Shown piece by piece: positions 33,861-48,857 of a stretch of 64,000 nt of DNA. A program made the translations under genes and the position numbers. A model generated the notes under the pieces. The model saw nothing but the letters and a program-made list of their open reading frames with translations. It did not search any database and was not told the origin of the DNA. Location: NCBI GenBank assembly GCA_020137815.1, contig CM035354.1, forward strand, positions 4,774,001 to 4,838,000. Direction: 5' to 3'. The number at the start of each line of letters is the position of its first letter. Position 1 is the first letter of the stretch. This DNA comes from Hormiphora californensis (lineage: Eukaryota; Animalia; Ctenophora).

Positions 33861-36308
33861 AAAGTGCGTTTCAAACGACTTGACCTGAGATTCCTGGAGT
33901 GCTTTGCGCGTTCTGAGCTGTGATTGGTGGGCGTGACTTGATTGTGCATGACTTGAACATTTCCGAGGGGCCTCATAATCGCGCCCGATCGTAACGGCGC
34001 CCTGATCATGATGCAGCTGAGATTTCCAGTTGCTTTGAAATATACGCTGCCGGGACGCACTTATGATGTAACGCGCGAAAGTTTTAGGACAATTACGCTG
34101 CGCGCGTGACCAACCGGCGCCGCGCGGTCGTCGCGTTTAAAAAAATAAAAATTAAAGCTGAACCGCAGCTTTTTTCCTTTTCTTCTTAGTTCTTTTTCGA
34201 AATCAAAAAGATCCGACACCGGTGACCGGGGTCTTAGATAATAAAGTATAAACGCACACCACGATCGGTCACAGAGTGAACATAAAAAGTGGTACAACAC
34301 CAAAGTGTCGAGAGTACCCTCGTATCCATCATGGAACCCGGTTATTGTCTGCAGAGTCTTAGAAAATCGCTGACCGCTGCTCATAAAAGTCCCCCCCCCC
34401 CCCGGAACACTCTCAGGAGAAGCCAGGGCCCAGGTGATATCGGTGTATCTTCTGCTACTGGTTGCTATCCTCTCAATGTGTGGAATGCCGATTGCCGATT
34501 GACCTTGACAAGAGAGTTCAACAGCCTTGAGCCTAGCAGCCTTTGACCTATCAGGCAGGCTGGCAGTCGACACGAATGTGAAAAGCTGTTAAACAACACT
34601 GATGCAAGATTAGCTGAGGAAGCAACTTTTCATCCTCTGGTGTTTTCAACAACTGTTGTTGAACAACGGTTGCCCCGTGTTGTGGTTCCAAAAGACAAAA
34701 CCCGAGGTGTCCACAATCCACATTTGTATCCGCTTATCCGTTCCAGATGAGTTTCGTAACGGGGCAGTAACTGTAAAAACGGCTCGGTATTCCTGATTGC
34801 TACATATGGTTACCCCCTTTCTCTCTTCTGCAGCTTCTCCTCGGCTGTTGAAAAGTGATACCAATCGGTTAGGTGTTGGGGTACTATTTTCTAAATATTT
34901 CTAATTTCATCCATTCAAATTGTTTTAAATCTGTTTTTCAATTGTCTCCTGTGATCCCGCAGATCAAAAAGTAGTCGCTAGATTATGTTTGTGAAGAATT
35001 AGCGGTCTGCCGATACATTAAATATTATGTCTCATGCTTCTAACTTGTTCTTGAAGCTTGCACATGCGTGCACGTTCCTAGTTATCTATGAATTTCAAAC
35101 GGAACATTGAGACGTCATCTTTTCACCAAACTTTTAATTGGACACCAAGGAATGTTACACACAATTTGTTTAGAAATTATTCCGACTTTCGTTTTCGTGC
35201 ACCTCTCACTTTAAGAAAACTCCCGGGGCGGATTTTCAAATTCGTAAAACAGACGAGATCCTCTTCTTCACTTCATCTGATCTGGAAGGTTCATTGGATA
35301 AGGTTCATTGGATAAGTAATTCAACTTCACTAAGGTATTTGAATTGCACTCCATAAAAGCATACCTATCACTTGGACAGTTGTAGCACCAACAATATATA
35401 ATGAATTGAACGAGAGAAGTATTGACATTTTAGTTCATTTCTTTTTATGATTTTAGCCAAGTTGCAGGTCATGTTCACACTTTTGTTTCCGATGCTTTCA
35501 TGGATTGTTACCGGATTGTTAACGGGTTGTTACCCAGTCCGGAAATAATGTTTTCTCAGCCATCTAACATCACGGTTCTAACTTAGTTTTAGTACCGGGG
35601 AGAATGACCCCTGAGCTCTTCATTGAATCCATCGAAATCAAGATTCAATTGTCTGTGGGATTTACATTGTAATCGGAGCTGATCAGAGTAAAATCAATCA
35701 TTCCCCTGAAACCTCTCAAAACCGTCTAAGATATATTCAGAATATTCAAAATATAATATGTGTTATGTTTGTTTTAGTGTTATCTAAACACTACGACAAA
35801 GATAAAATGGCATACCTGCAGTGTGGATTCCCACTGCCCGTCTACCCTAGCAAGTAGCACCTGTCATAATGCTGTTGTGATAATCTAGGTAAATTAAATG
35901 CTCATTATGCTACATTCTTATTTGCTGTATTCTTATTTTCAGATTAGTTCTCCAGAGCAGAATCTAATTTCTAACGCTTCTTCCAAATCCTGCTCAAAAT
36001 TAAATCGTCCCTTCATTTTTATTATCTTTGCTCAGACTTATTTATTATTGTTTCCATTATTGCATTACGGCCCCTTTCAACGGCCACAATTTCGACTTTG
36101 TTTACTCTTAACTTCTTATTCTGCATTCCTTGAAGCTATCCCTTTTTGTTTTGAGAACACCGAGCTTATATCCTCACGTTTTACAACCACGTGAGGCTAA
36201 ATTTGATTTTCAGACCTTTTGCCCTTGCCTCTGAAGACCGAATAAAAGATTCCCACTTCTTCTGACCCAGCCTGTTATTTTCTTCACTTTAGTATCTCCA
36301 CTGATCCC

Positions 36309-37677
36309 ATGATGTCTTCACCCTCGGTCTGTGTTATTGGTGCCGGTCCTTCTGGAATGGCTGTCCTCAGTGAGCTGGACGATGATAAACTGAAGGTTAC
36401 TTGCTACGAAAAACAAAGCCAGCCAGGTGGTCTATGGAACTATGACTGGAGAACTGGACTCACAGAATTCGGGGAACCTGTCCACAACAGCCAATACAGG
36501 GGATTGTTTTCAAACAGTCCTAAAGAGTGCATCGAGTTCCCCGAGTACTCCTTCGAGGCACACTTTGGGAAGCCCATTCCCTCCTTTCCACCGAGGCCCG
36601 TCCTGTTTGATTACCTTCGGGGGTGGTGGAGGTTTAGGGGTGTTGATGAGAGCAAGATCTTAACATGTCATACTGTGCGTGGTGTCTCGTATAGCGAGGA
36701 AACTAAGAAATTCACAGTGACCGTCTGTGATCTTAAGACGGGATTGGATAAGGTTGAATTGTTCGATTATTGTATAATTGCGGTGGGACACTTTTCAACT
36801 CCTAACGCCCCTGATTTCCCTGGGCTGCTCTCCTTTCCCGGGAGAATCATCCACAGCCATGACTTTAGGAACGCGGCAGAGTTCTCCGGCCTCAGGATCC
36901 TCTCCATTGGTAACAGTTACAGTGGGGAGGACATGGCGCTACAGACGCTGAAGTTCGGTGCCAAGTCTGTGACCGTGTCTTATCGCAGTAGGAGTACGGG
37001 TTTTAACTGGCCCGCTGGCATAACTGAGAAGCCCATGGTTGAGAGATTCGAGGGGAATACAGTGCACTTTGGAGATGGTACCAGTGGGGAGTATGATGCG
37101 GTGATCATGTCAACAGGATATAAAGTCCACCTTCCCTTTCGTGGACCAGTCCCTGAGATTAGAATGTGGTACACAGCTAAACTGTGCCTGATCTCTACCA
37201 GGGTGTCATGTGGAGTCCCGTTACAAAAGGGAAGAAGAGTGCTGATAATAAGTTGTTTTACTATGGGAATGCAGGATCAGGTTTTCACCTTTACCATGTT
37301 CCAGATGCAGGCAAGGTGGATTGCTCGTGCTATTGCTGGAGATCTGGTAATCCCTTCACTTGATAAACAACGGGAAGACATTCACAAAATGGTTGGCTCG
37401 GAATGACACACTGAAAGATGCGGCTGCTCTAATCAACTGTCAGACGGAGTATGTGATGGGGCTTGCGGAGGAGACGGGGTATTGCCATGGTAACGCTCTA
37501 GATGCACGGGATGCCTGGTTTGGGTGGGTTAAATCCAAGGTTGATGTGGCTCATTATAGGGATCAGAGTTACAGATCTGTTGTAACTGGTCTCATGTCAC
37601 CTGTACATCCTGTACCGTGGATGAAGTTACTAGACGATTCTCTGGAGGCGTATGTAAACCCTATCGGGGAGATGTAG
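36309..37677 (+). CDS. Intronless bacterial-type flavin-containing monooxygenase (trimethylamine monooxygenase Tmm/mFMO-like), frameshifted in this assembly
   Basis: Motifs GAGPSG (FAD), GGLWNYDWRTG..EFGEPVH.SQYR.LFSN.PKEC.EF, FPGRIIHSHDF (FMO signature), GNSYSGED (NADPH), GMQDQ.FTF.MF..QA.W and YRDQSYRS..TG...P.H..PW...LDDSLEAY. Four +1 bases at about 37140, 37183, 37262 and 37389. Confidence 0.9.
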
Positions 37678-38204
37678 AACTGGGTGTTCCAATGGGAGAT
37701 GTAGACAATGAAATTACCCCTCATCCCGAGTTACCGGATATATACAGTGTAATAGGCTAGGGGCCGGGTCACTTCGTAACCAAATGTAGACATTGGTGTT
37801 TATGTTCCAAGGGGGTTTAGAATAGCATGGAGATATTACTTCCTGATTCGTGAGCATATGTTTTAAAAGTTTTTGTATAGACTGTAGAGATAGTATTGAT
37901 CTTATCCTTTAATTAAACCTGATATAAAGTTGTTGTTCTGTGTACTAAAAACGAAAAACTATCACACTTCATATTTCATCACATAACTATTTCGCTCCAT
38001 AAATTCAAATATTTAAACCTTGATGATAAAATGTAAGTAATATACTGGACCACTATGCGACTGATTATTCAATGAAAACATTCGGAGAAACGCGGAGAGA
38101 CCTCTGTACTGACAGGCTAATTGGACACAAGGTTTTACAAGGTATCCCGCTACCTGACCTGTTCATTCATTGCAACCCTTTTCTGTGTGTAGTGAATACT
38201 GTCG

Positions 38205-38347
38205 CCTGTCGGACCCCGATTTACCGGGATGCTCGGGGAAAAGGGTTTTGCCCGGTAAATCGGCGTGTCCGGTATATCGGGGTCAAATACCGTTACTTTC
38301 CTATATCGGGGAAGTTTTTCCTCTCGGTAAATCGGTGTCCGACTGTA
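38205..38347. mobile_element. pogo/Tigger-like MITE
   Basis: TIR GTCGGACCCCGATTTACCG...CGGTAAATCGGTGTCCGACTGTA with internal CGATATACCG-type repeats. Confidence 0.65.
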
Positions 38348-38548
38348 CAAAAAAGAAACAAATACAATGCCGGTGTGCCCCAAAGGAAGGAGGTTATGTG
38401 GGGGGGATCACATGACATTTTTTTGGAACAATTTGGAATTTTTTGGATTTTTCCATATTCCATTGACTATGGCACCAAGAACTGATTCCCCTAATAAATG
38501 TATGTGTCATATGACTGCTAACCAGTAACTTGTTAATAGGAAGAAGCC

Positions 38549-40900
<2,352 letters not shown>

Positions 40901-41583
40901 CCTACTGTCACTCTTTGGGTGCTCTCTCTTCATCTTCTATCTCTCTCTCCTTCCACTCCCCACATACGAGATACTCTCAAGCCTCAGACTGTGTCTCCTC
41001 TCTATAACTAGACCCCCACAGTAGGACTGTAAACGTGCCTTAACGGAATTCCAACTTAATGAATGAGGACGTAGAGCTGCTCTACTGTGTTTTAACGGAA
41101 AATTCCAAAGTGTAAGATTCGTGGATAGACTGGTCTAACCTGTAATTGTAATTCTTTAGACAAGTAGTGTAGTGAGTTTAATAACCTGTAAAAATGTGGT
41201 TGTGTCCATATTGACACATGCTTGTAGTGAGTTTATAAATTAGAAGTGCTCCTTTCCCATTTTATATCATTTTTTTGCATTAAATGTTTATATTAGCGGT
41301 CCTGTTTCTAATGCGAATATTTCTAATTGCCGAGTAAAAGTTTCCGCCTTTCTTTCCTAACCGCGACGCTTCATAAATCACGCGTAGGTGAAAACCGAGC
41401 TGTTTGCCGCGCTTAAAATTATGAAGGCATTTTGGAAAAAAGCGCTGAGCTGTTCACCTTCAATTTTTAAATCCTTTTTTAAAAAACTGCTAATCCGCGA
41501 ATCTCTTTTTTTCTAACAATTTAACCATGTCATAAAATGCTCAAAATTGAACTCAGCAACAAATACCGATAGCATAAGTCGTT

Positions 41584-42917
41584 ATGCCCAAAATTGAGGA
41601 CAAACCAAAACGGAAATACACGAAAAAGCTCAAAGATCCGGAGGAAGATGAGAATTTCAAACTGGGAAAGTGGCACAAAAGTGAGGAAGACAAGTTGAAA
41701 AGTAACGCCAGGGTGAGTTTGGTGACGTGATGCATCGCTATACATCTCAATTTGGTCTGTAGATGGGTGCTGAAGCGTTTTTTTTTGTAAGAAGAGGAAC
41801 TATGATGTCTGATGACGATGAATTTTATAACTAACGTGTTTCAGGAATATCTTGAGTATCATAACACCACGCTGGCAGAGATCTTCAAAACGAAAATGAA
41901 AGATGCTAAGCCTTTCTTCGACCATTGCCGAAGGGACCTTGACAGAAGCTTTGTTTCTGTGAAGAAAAAGGTTGGTAAAATATCATGGAAATTTAAGTTT
42001 AATTGCAAATTGCCCCCCCCCCCCCCCAATTGCTGAAACGCTGTAACAATCTTTGCTTTCCAGTGTATCCGAATGTTTGACGAGAAAAATCAGCTCGGCG
42101 CTTACACTGAAGAGGAAATTAGTCGGCTGAAGGTTCTCGATTTGGAAATTTCCAGTGAAAACAAATACGTTGAGATAGGTTAGCAGCTCATAAAAATAGT
42201 ATATCCCAAAAGAAGCTATTTTCTATTGCAAATAGCCAAGATGATGTATGAGTTTCAAATCTGTTCCCTATCAGGAAATGCGATCGGCCGATCAGCAGGT
42301 TCAGTCAGAGACAGGCTGACAAAAGTGGGTACCAAGTTACCCTCGAGAAACAGGGATCGCTGGAGGGATGAAGAGATAAAAGCTTTTGAAGATGCAAGAG
42401 ACAAATTTGGAAACGATTGGAAGAAAATTAGTGAGTTTTGAATTATGTTTTTTATTCGACCTGTCTTCTGCAGATCGGGAGACTAGAAGATTATTATATC
42501 TTGATAAGATATATTATAGCTCATCTCATTTCAGGTGAGCTAGTAGGAACTCGATCAATGAAGCAGTGCTCCAAAAGAGCGGACGCGACACGACAAAAAC
42601 CAGCCGAGCTCACCGAAGACGAGCAGGTGATTTTATTGGAGATACTCGACAAGGAGCCTGTTCATTTCATTGATGAAATTAACTGGAAAAGCATCCCTGA
42701 AAAGTGGCCCTACGAGTTAGATCCTCAGATCGATGGGAATGCTTTGAAAGAAAAGTTTTTCCGTTTGGTGCAATACCGAGTGCCCTTCTACAGCCACCTC
42801 TCATACTCTGACATTATTGAGTTACTTATGGAGCACTTTTGTAAGCCACAGAGAGACAAATCAATGAGGAAATCGGAGAGGATGATGGAGAGTTTTAAAG
42901 TTGAGGTTGTTGATTGA
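41584..42917 (+). CDS. TTF1/DMTF1-like Myb/SANT-repeat protein, paralog A
   Basis: FKLGKWHKSEEDKLKSNAR|EYL..., GAYTEEE, RWRDEEIKAFEDARDKFGNDWKKIS, TRSMKQC, DEINWKSI. Confidence 0.8.
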
Positions 42918-43079
42918 TTTTTACCAGGTTCTCTCAGAAAGGTTGTTTTTAAACTGTAATTGGTAAATTATTAACTTTTAATTTTATTCGGTAGTAGTTC
43001 TCCTGGTTTGATCACAAGCAAATTAATAACTCTGAAATCTATACCCGACTCAATTGTACTTCTCAGTTATATAGCCGGT

Positions 43080-44487
43080 ATGTCCAACACTTGGAAGGGT
43101 GAGCCGGTGAAGAAACAGTGTCAAGCGACTCAAATGAAGAAAGGAAAATGGAGTCAAGCAGAAGAAGATACATTACGGCAAAACGCCAGGGTAAGGAATG
43201 GGGAATACGATAATTCAAAAGTAACATAGTTCTCCTAAATTTCTAGTTTATTGGTGTTTTTATCCCATTTTTGCTTTATCTTTTAACTTACAATTAACTC
43301 TCTTGCACTTCAGGAATTTATGGATAGTAGAGGACTGAGTTTCTCAGAGATTTTAGCGCTCCCTAATTCCGACCAAAGATTGTTTTACAAGCATTGCAAT
43401 ATCGGTATTAACCGGTCCTACCCCGTTATTCGACAAAAAGTTAGTACACAAGGGGGAGGCCGAGGTTTATAATGTTCGATCCAAAAACTCTAAAATTGCC
43501 TGTCACAGCAATATTGGTTAAATAACTGAAAGTCCTCTAAAACCAACCCCTTTTTTCAGTGTCAAAGAACGTTTGACGCCTCACACGATGCCGGCCGGTA
43601 CACGGATTTTGAGGTGTCTCTCCTGAGTAACCTGGTTAAATCGAGCAATAGCATAACAAATATAGGTTAGTTGTTACAACCAACTTTATCTTCACACGAT
43701 CTATTTGTTCTAAAAGATGTCTACTTTCATTTAATGACCACCCATTACTTTCTGCTGCCTCGCATTATGAGTGTCTTATGGCCAACTATATCACTCAGGG
43801 AAGGTTCTTGGTCGGTCCCACCAGTCGGTACATACACGGTTGAACAGTGATTGTGGCACTAAACAAGGCCACAGGAAGTCCGTCCGATGGACTGACGAAG
43901 AAGTTGCGATACTGGAAGAAGCAAAGCAGAAGTTTGGAAATGAGCCAAATCAGTGGCAGAAAATCAGTAAGTTCCTTCTTCACGGTATCAAATAGTGTCT
44001 CTAAAATCAAGTCCAATATCTCACTGCCCATATTTCAGGTGACTACGTTGGTACCAGGACGCCTAAACAGTGCGAGAAGAAGTGTTATTTAATGAAGATG
44101 GCCGACAAGGCGGGTAAGCCCCTCTCGACGGTTGAGAAACAGACTCTAATTGGCATACTAAGCCGTGAAAACCACGGGTTTGTGGATGAGATTAACTGGA
44201 CGGGTATAGTGAACAATTGGCCGAGTGAAATTCATGACGGTATCACAGCGTCCAACCTAAAGATACGATTTACCGGTATACTCCGTCGGTACGTCCCCCT
44301 TCACCGGCACCTCACCTTTGCAGAAATAATGGAGGTATTAAATGAGAACTTTATGAGTGAGGGTGGGGGTAGTAGCTGGGGGCAGAAGGAGGAGACGAGT
44401 AGAGATAGTGAAGAGATGGGGGAGAGTAGTTCCCCCGCTGTAAATCAGGAAGAGGAAGAGGAAGAATACACTTTATTGGAGCTTTAG
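43080..44487 (+). CDS. TTF1/DMTF1-like Myb/SANT-repeat protein, paralog B
   Basis: KKGKWSQAEEDTLRQNAR|EF..., RWTDEEVAILEEAKQKFGNEPNQWQKIS, TRTPKQC, DEINWTGI. Intron positions match paralog A. Confidence 0.8.
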
Positions 44488-44640
44488 CCGCATTGTTAAC
44501 CGTCGTTTTTTTAAATACTAAACCTAATTTATTGCTCCCGTGTTTAAAAAATCCGTGTTTTATTTTTCGTTTTGTAAAAAGGGTGTTGGTGGCAGCGCCA
44601 CTGGTCAAACTATTCTACTCTAACTATCGAGTCTAGTATC

Positions 44641-46086
44641 ATGGAGGGTAAAGGTCCTACTAGTTTGGATCAGGGTAAAGGGCAACCCAGTGTGCAGGGT
44701 AAAGGTCCTCCCAGAAAGCGACGAAAGAAGGTTGATAAGACCGGATACAAAGTTGGAAACTTTACAAAAGAAGAAAATGAGACTTTTGAAAAGAATCTCC
44801 AGGTAAGTAACCCCCCCCCCCCCCCTCCGGGACACCCCTACCGGCTACCCCAATCATCCTTCATCACATTAGAATTGAGATGTTCCATTCAGGAATACTT
44901 GGTCCAAAGTCGCCTCACTCTGTCGGAAATAAAAGAGTCCGGAAGGTCGGTTAAATGCGACTTCTACGATTATTGCTGCAAAGGATTAAACAGGGACAGA
45001 CACACAATTTACAACAAGGTAAAGTCATTTGTACTGGAGATATATCATAGATATGTGTTGAATCCGGGACGATGATTTTAGCAAACTATTTTCCTAGTCG
45101 ACACGCTTTACCACTTTCACACGATATAATTCACCTTCTAGACCGGGGATGTGGTAGTTTATTCTAACCATGGTGTTGCCTGATTAATAAGCCAGCGACC
45201 TATTTTCAGTGTTACGCGAGGTTGTTCAATCTTGGAAAGCGGTCAGGGAGATTTTCTGAGAAAGAACTTGATAAAATTGACGAGCTCCTCAAGAACTTTC
45301 AGGGCCATTCACGGTTTCGAAAGATTGGTATGTTTGCATATAGTATTAACTAGACACACTTACTTCAAACGGGTTGAACTTTTATACGGAATTCTTAGTG
45401 TCTCCTTGGTTACGTCTATTCTAAAATATCCTCCACTTTTCAGGGGAGATACTTGGTAGATACGGAACACAGATTGCAGTGCGATATAACAAGATCGGTC
45501 TACGTCACAACATACCACGAGCTATTAGACGCTGGACTGAAGAAGAGGAAGTTATTTTAAATGAAGGGACTGGAAAAGTTTGGTCGTGATTGGGTCAAAA
45601 TCAGTGAGTTGTAGGCTTTTTTAATGAGTTTAAACATTATAATCTGTGTTGGGGGAATGTAATACTATTCATCATCTACTACTTGGTTTTATATAGGTAC
45701 ACTATTCGATGATCGTGCACCGTTCGTCTGCCAACGTCCATTTCTACTGGATAGAGAACCGGTCTGCCAAGAAGTGTGTACTCTCTGTGAGCGATGATGT
45801 CAGCTTAGATTGAGGTATTGAACAGGACAGCCTGTGAACTATAGTGAAGACATTAACTGGAGTGTGGTTGTGGAACAGTGGCCATCAGAGAGGCACACAC
45901 TGATAACACCCAAGAATCTAAGGTTCCGTTTTGAAAAACTCTGCCAAGGAGAAGGTTCCGTTGGGGCAGCAAAAGGATTTTCATTGCACAATAGACATTT
46001 TGATGGAGGAATTTGTGAAACCGTATCGAGAGAAAGAGAAAAGTGATCTTTGTGAGCATGGTACTGATGTGGTTGGTGCAGTATAG
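44641..46086 (+). CDS. TTF1/DMTF1-like Myb/SANT-repeat protein, paralog C (frameshifts in the 3' half)
   Basis: YKVGNFTKEENETFEKNLQ|EYL, RWTEEEEVIL...FGRDWVKIS, EDINWSVV. Several indels at about 45570-45950, from assembly error or pseudogenisation. Confidence 0.7.
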
Positions 46087-46256
46087 GTTATTGCTAACAG
46101 ACAGTTGATTGGGTAACATGTTTGACGATTAAATGTTTGAATTATTCTTGATTTTGTATCTAACTAAAACACTATCACTCTTCGAGTCCTATATTTTTCA
46201 AGTTTTTAGTACCCGCATTATATAAGTTTTCTCCCTAATTCTAGCTGGTCTCAAAT

Positions 46257-48767
46257 ATGGGTGTGGGTTTGGCAGAGGAGAAGTTTACTGCGATTAGGAA
46301 GCGATTGGATCAGCTAGGGTACAGACAAACCCTCGATATCTCATCTGTTCCTCTGGTTGAGAAGCTCTTTGCAGATCTAATCCACACGACAGAGAGCCTG
46401 AAAGCAACGAAGCAACAGTCTGCAACACTACGGGAGGAGAGTCAGGCTATAATTCAACAGGGTGATCCTTATAAAGCTGAAAATACACGGCTACTACGGG
46501 AAAATAATGATCTTCACATCCAGATTATTAAGGTATAATGAAGTGTTTTACTATACCTCTCTTGAACGCCCTAAATTGTCGCCAATCTTCTAAATCTGAC
46601 ATCTATAAATTCCATTCCCTCTCTTATATAGATCAAGGAGGAAACGGATGCCAAGGTAAAAGAGCTAAAGAACGCTCTACGGAAGAGTGAACATGAGTGT
46701 GCCGATCTTCAGTTCCTCAATTCCCAATACGCTCACAAGCTCAAGGCACTCCAAAAACAGGACCAGGCTAAATCTGATCGGATCCAGCAGTTACATGTAA
46801 GATTATAATGTTTCGATATCAAACATCGCGTTCTTATTCAATTATTACATTTCAAGACAACATAAAATAGCGTCCATCACCCCATAGAGAATGCTTTCTT
46901 TCTATAACTCTAAATTTCAATTATATCTACCATTGCAGGAACGCAACATGAACGCTGTTGTAGAAACACCTGGTGGAAGGAGACGGCACATAGCACCTAG
47001 AAGACCCGTCCTGGAGCTGAATGCCTCCATCCCCAGTTCCCCTGCCGCCACTGAGACAGAATCCCCTGCCAAAACAGTGGGAGACCCGTACATGGCTGAC
47101 TTGTTGAGGGTTGCAGATAACCAGATTGCCGAGCTGAACAGGCAGATCAAGAGCTTGGAGGATGCTAACAGTGCCGCACAGAGGAAGTGTGAAAATCTAG
47201 GAAAACAGGTATAACTTGAAACCCAGTGAGATATGTTTCTAACTCTGGCTGTAGATCTGGCTTCCACAAGTACTGTTAATCTATGTTCCGCTCATTCCGC
47301 TCTCCATTTCAGGTGACTCTGAGAGATAAGGAGATAGACAGGTTGCAGCACTTGTTGGAGGGAGGTAGACCCACCAAAGCCATGTTGAACGATGGCATGG
47401 CAGAAAGTACTGATCGGGTCATTTCACATCTCAATATTCAGGTTCGTTAATCGTTATGTCCTAAATATTGCCTAAATAGTTTTTTTAAGCCCGTGGTATA
47501 ATCTAACAAGGTGCCACCTTCAGTCTTCAGAGTTTCATCCTCCTTCAACAACTCTATAAAACTAACACCACTGACCACCTCCACAGGTTGAGTACCTGCA
47601 ACAGACGAACAGGGAATTGGACGCCAAACTGCGGGCTTCCCTTGGTAAACAAAGGGAAGAAATGGAAAGCAGCAAGGTAAGAAAAATCCTCAAAACACTC
47701 GATAAAACAAAAACCATAAAAACCTCAAGGCATGTACCACATCAATTGTTCACAGGGACTGCAATCGAGACTAACAGAGTTGAAACAGAAGCACGACCTG
47801 ATTTCGGAAGAGCTTGAAAAGATGAAGATGGAGAAATCAGCACGACTTGGGACTTATGAAACTGAACTAGACATGATATTTGATAAGGTAAAACATCCAC
47901 ACGATGGTGCCCAGATGGTGTTACATCTCGTATCTTGTAGAGTACACGATTCATGATGGTTGTATGCTGTTGTGTAGACTCTAGTATATTGACTTTTTAG
48001 AAGACATAGGGTCCCTTAATTTAGGCTCCTTCTCACACAGTCTCACACTTCTGTTTCACAGATGAAGAACAAAGAGAATGAAGCGAGGGAAGAGAAGGCA
48101 ACCCAGATGGCGCTGAATGAGAAATTGGAACAAGCCAAATCTGAGAAGAAGGAACTTATCAAATTACTCAGCGAATCACAGGTTTGTTGTGCTCATAGCT
48201 GGGACTGTAAACAGTTAGCCGTTCAGATTGAATGAGTTATCGTCCCAATTCAGCCCCGTAACTCTATTTTGTTGAGTCACTTGACCAAAGGGATCACTCC
48301 CTCCACGAGTCTCTTGAATCTCTTGAAACTGTGTTCATGCTGTTTGAACACTTCAAACATGTGTCCTCTAGGTGGAAGCGGAGAAGTTTGAGCTGGTGGT
48401 GCGTCGTTTGGAGGAAGATAAGAAAGAAGCAGGACGTCAAATTAGGGATATGGCTGAGGAGAACAAACAATTGAGGAGAAATGTCAACAGGTGTGTGTGT
48501 GTCTGTCTGTGTGAGTGTGTGTGTCTGTGTGTGTGTGTGTGTGTGTCTGTGTATAACTGTGTAGTTCTCTATTTGAATCACACACTGACTCAGCATCTCT
48601 ATGGTTTATACAATGTCGGTGACAGAAAGAGTTCGTCTGTGTATGATACTTGTCTGCACGATACACACTACTATTATAACTCCGTTTGTCCGTCTGAATG
48701 TAATGAAGGAATGACTGACACGCTTAGCAAGCAACATGAACATGTCCACACCTTTACAGTTCTCTCC

Positions 48768-48857
<90 letters not shown>

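Noticed and set aside
36309-37677. Bacterial contamination as the explanation for the FMO
   Set aside because: The flanks carry host repeats and a splice-type acceptor, with no bacterial neighbouring genes. Read-level confirmation is still needed.
38072-38485. 137-aa ORF upstream of Ran
   Set aside because: It spans a pogo-like MITE and has no recognisable domain.
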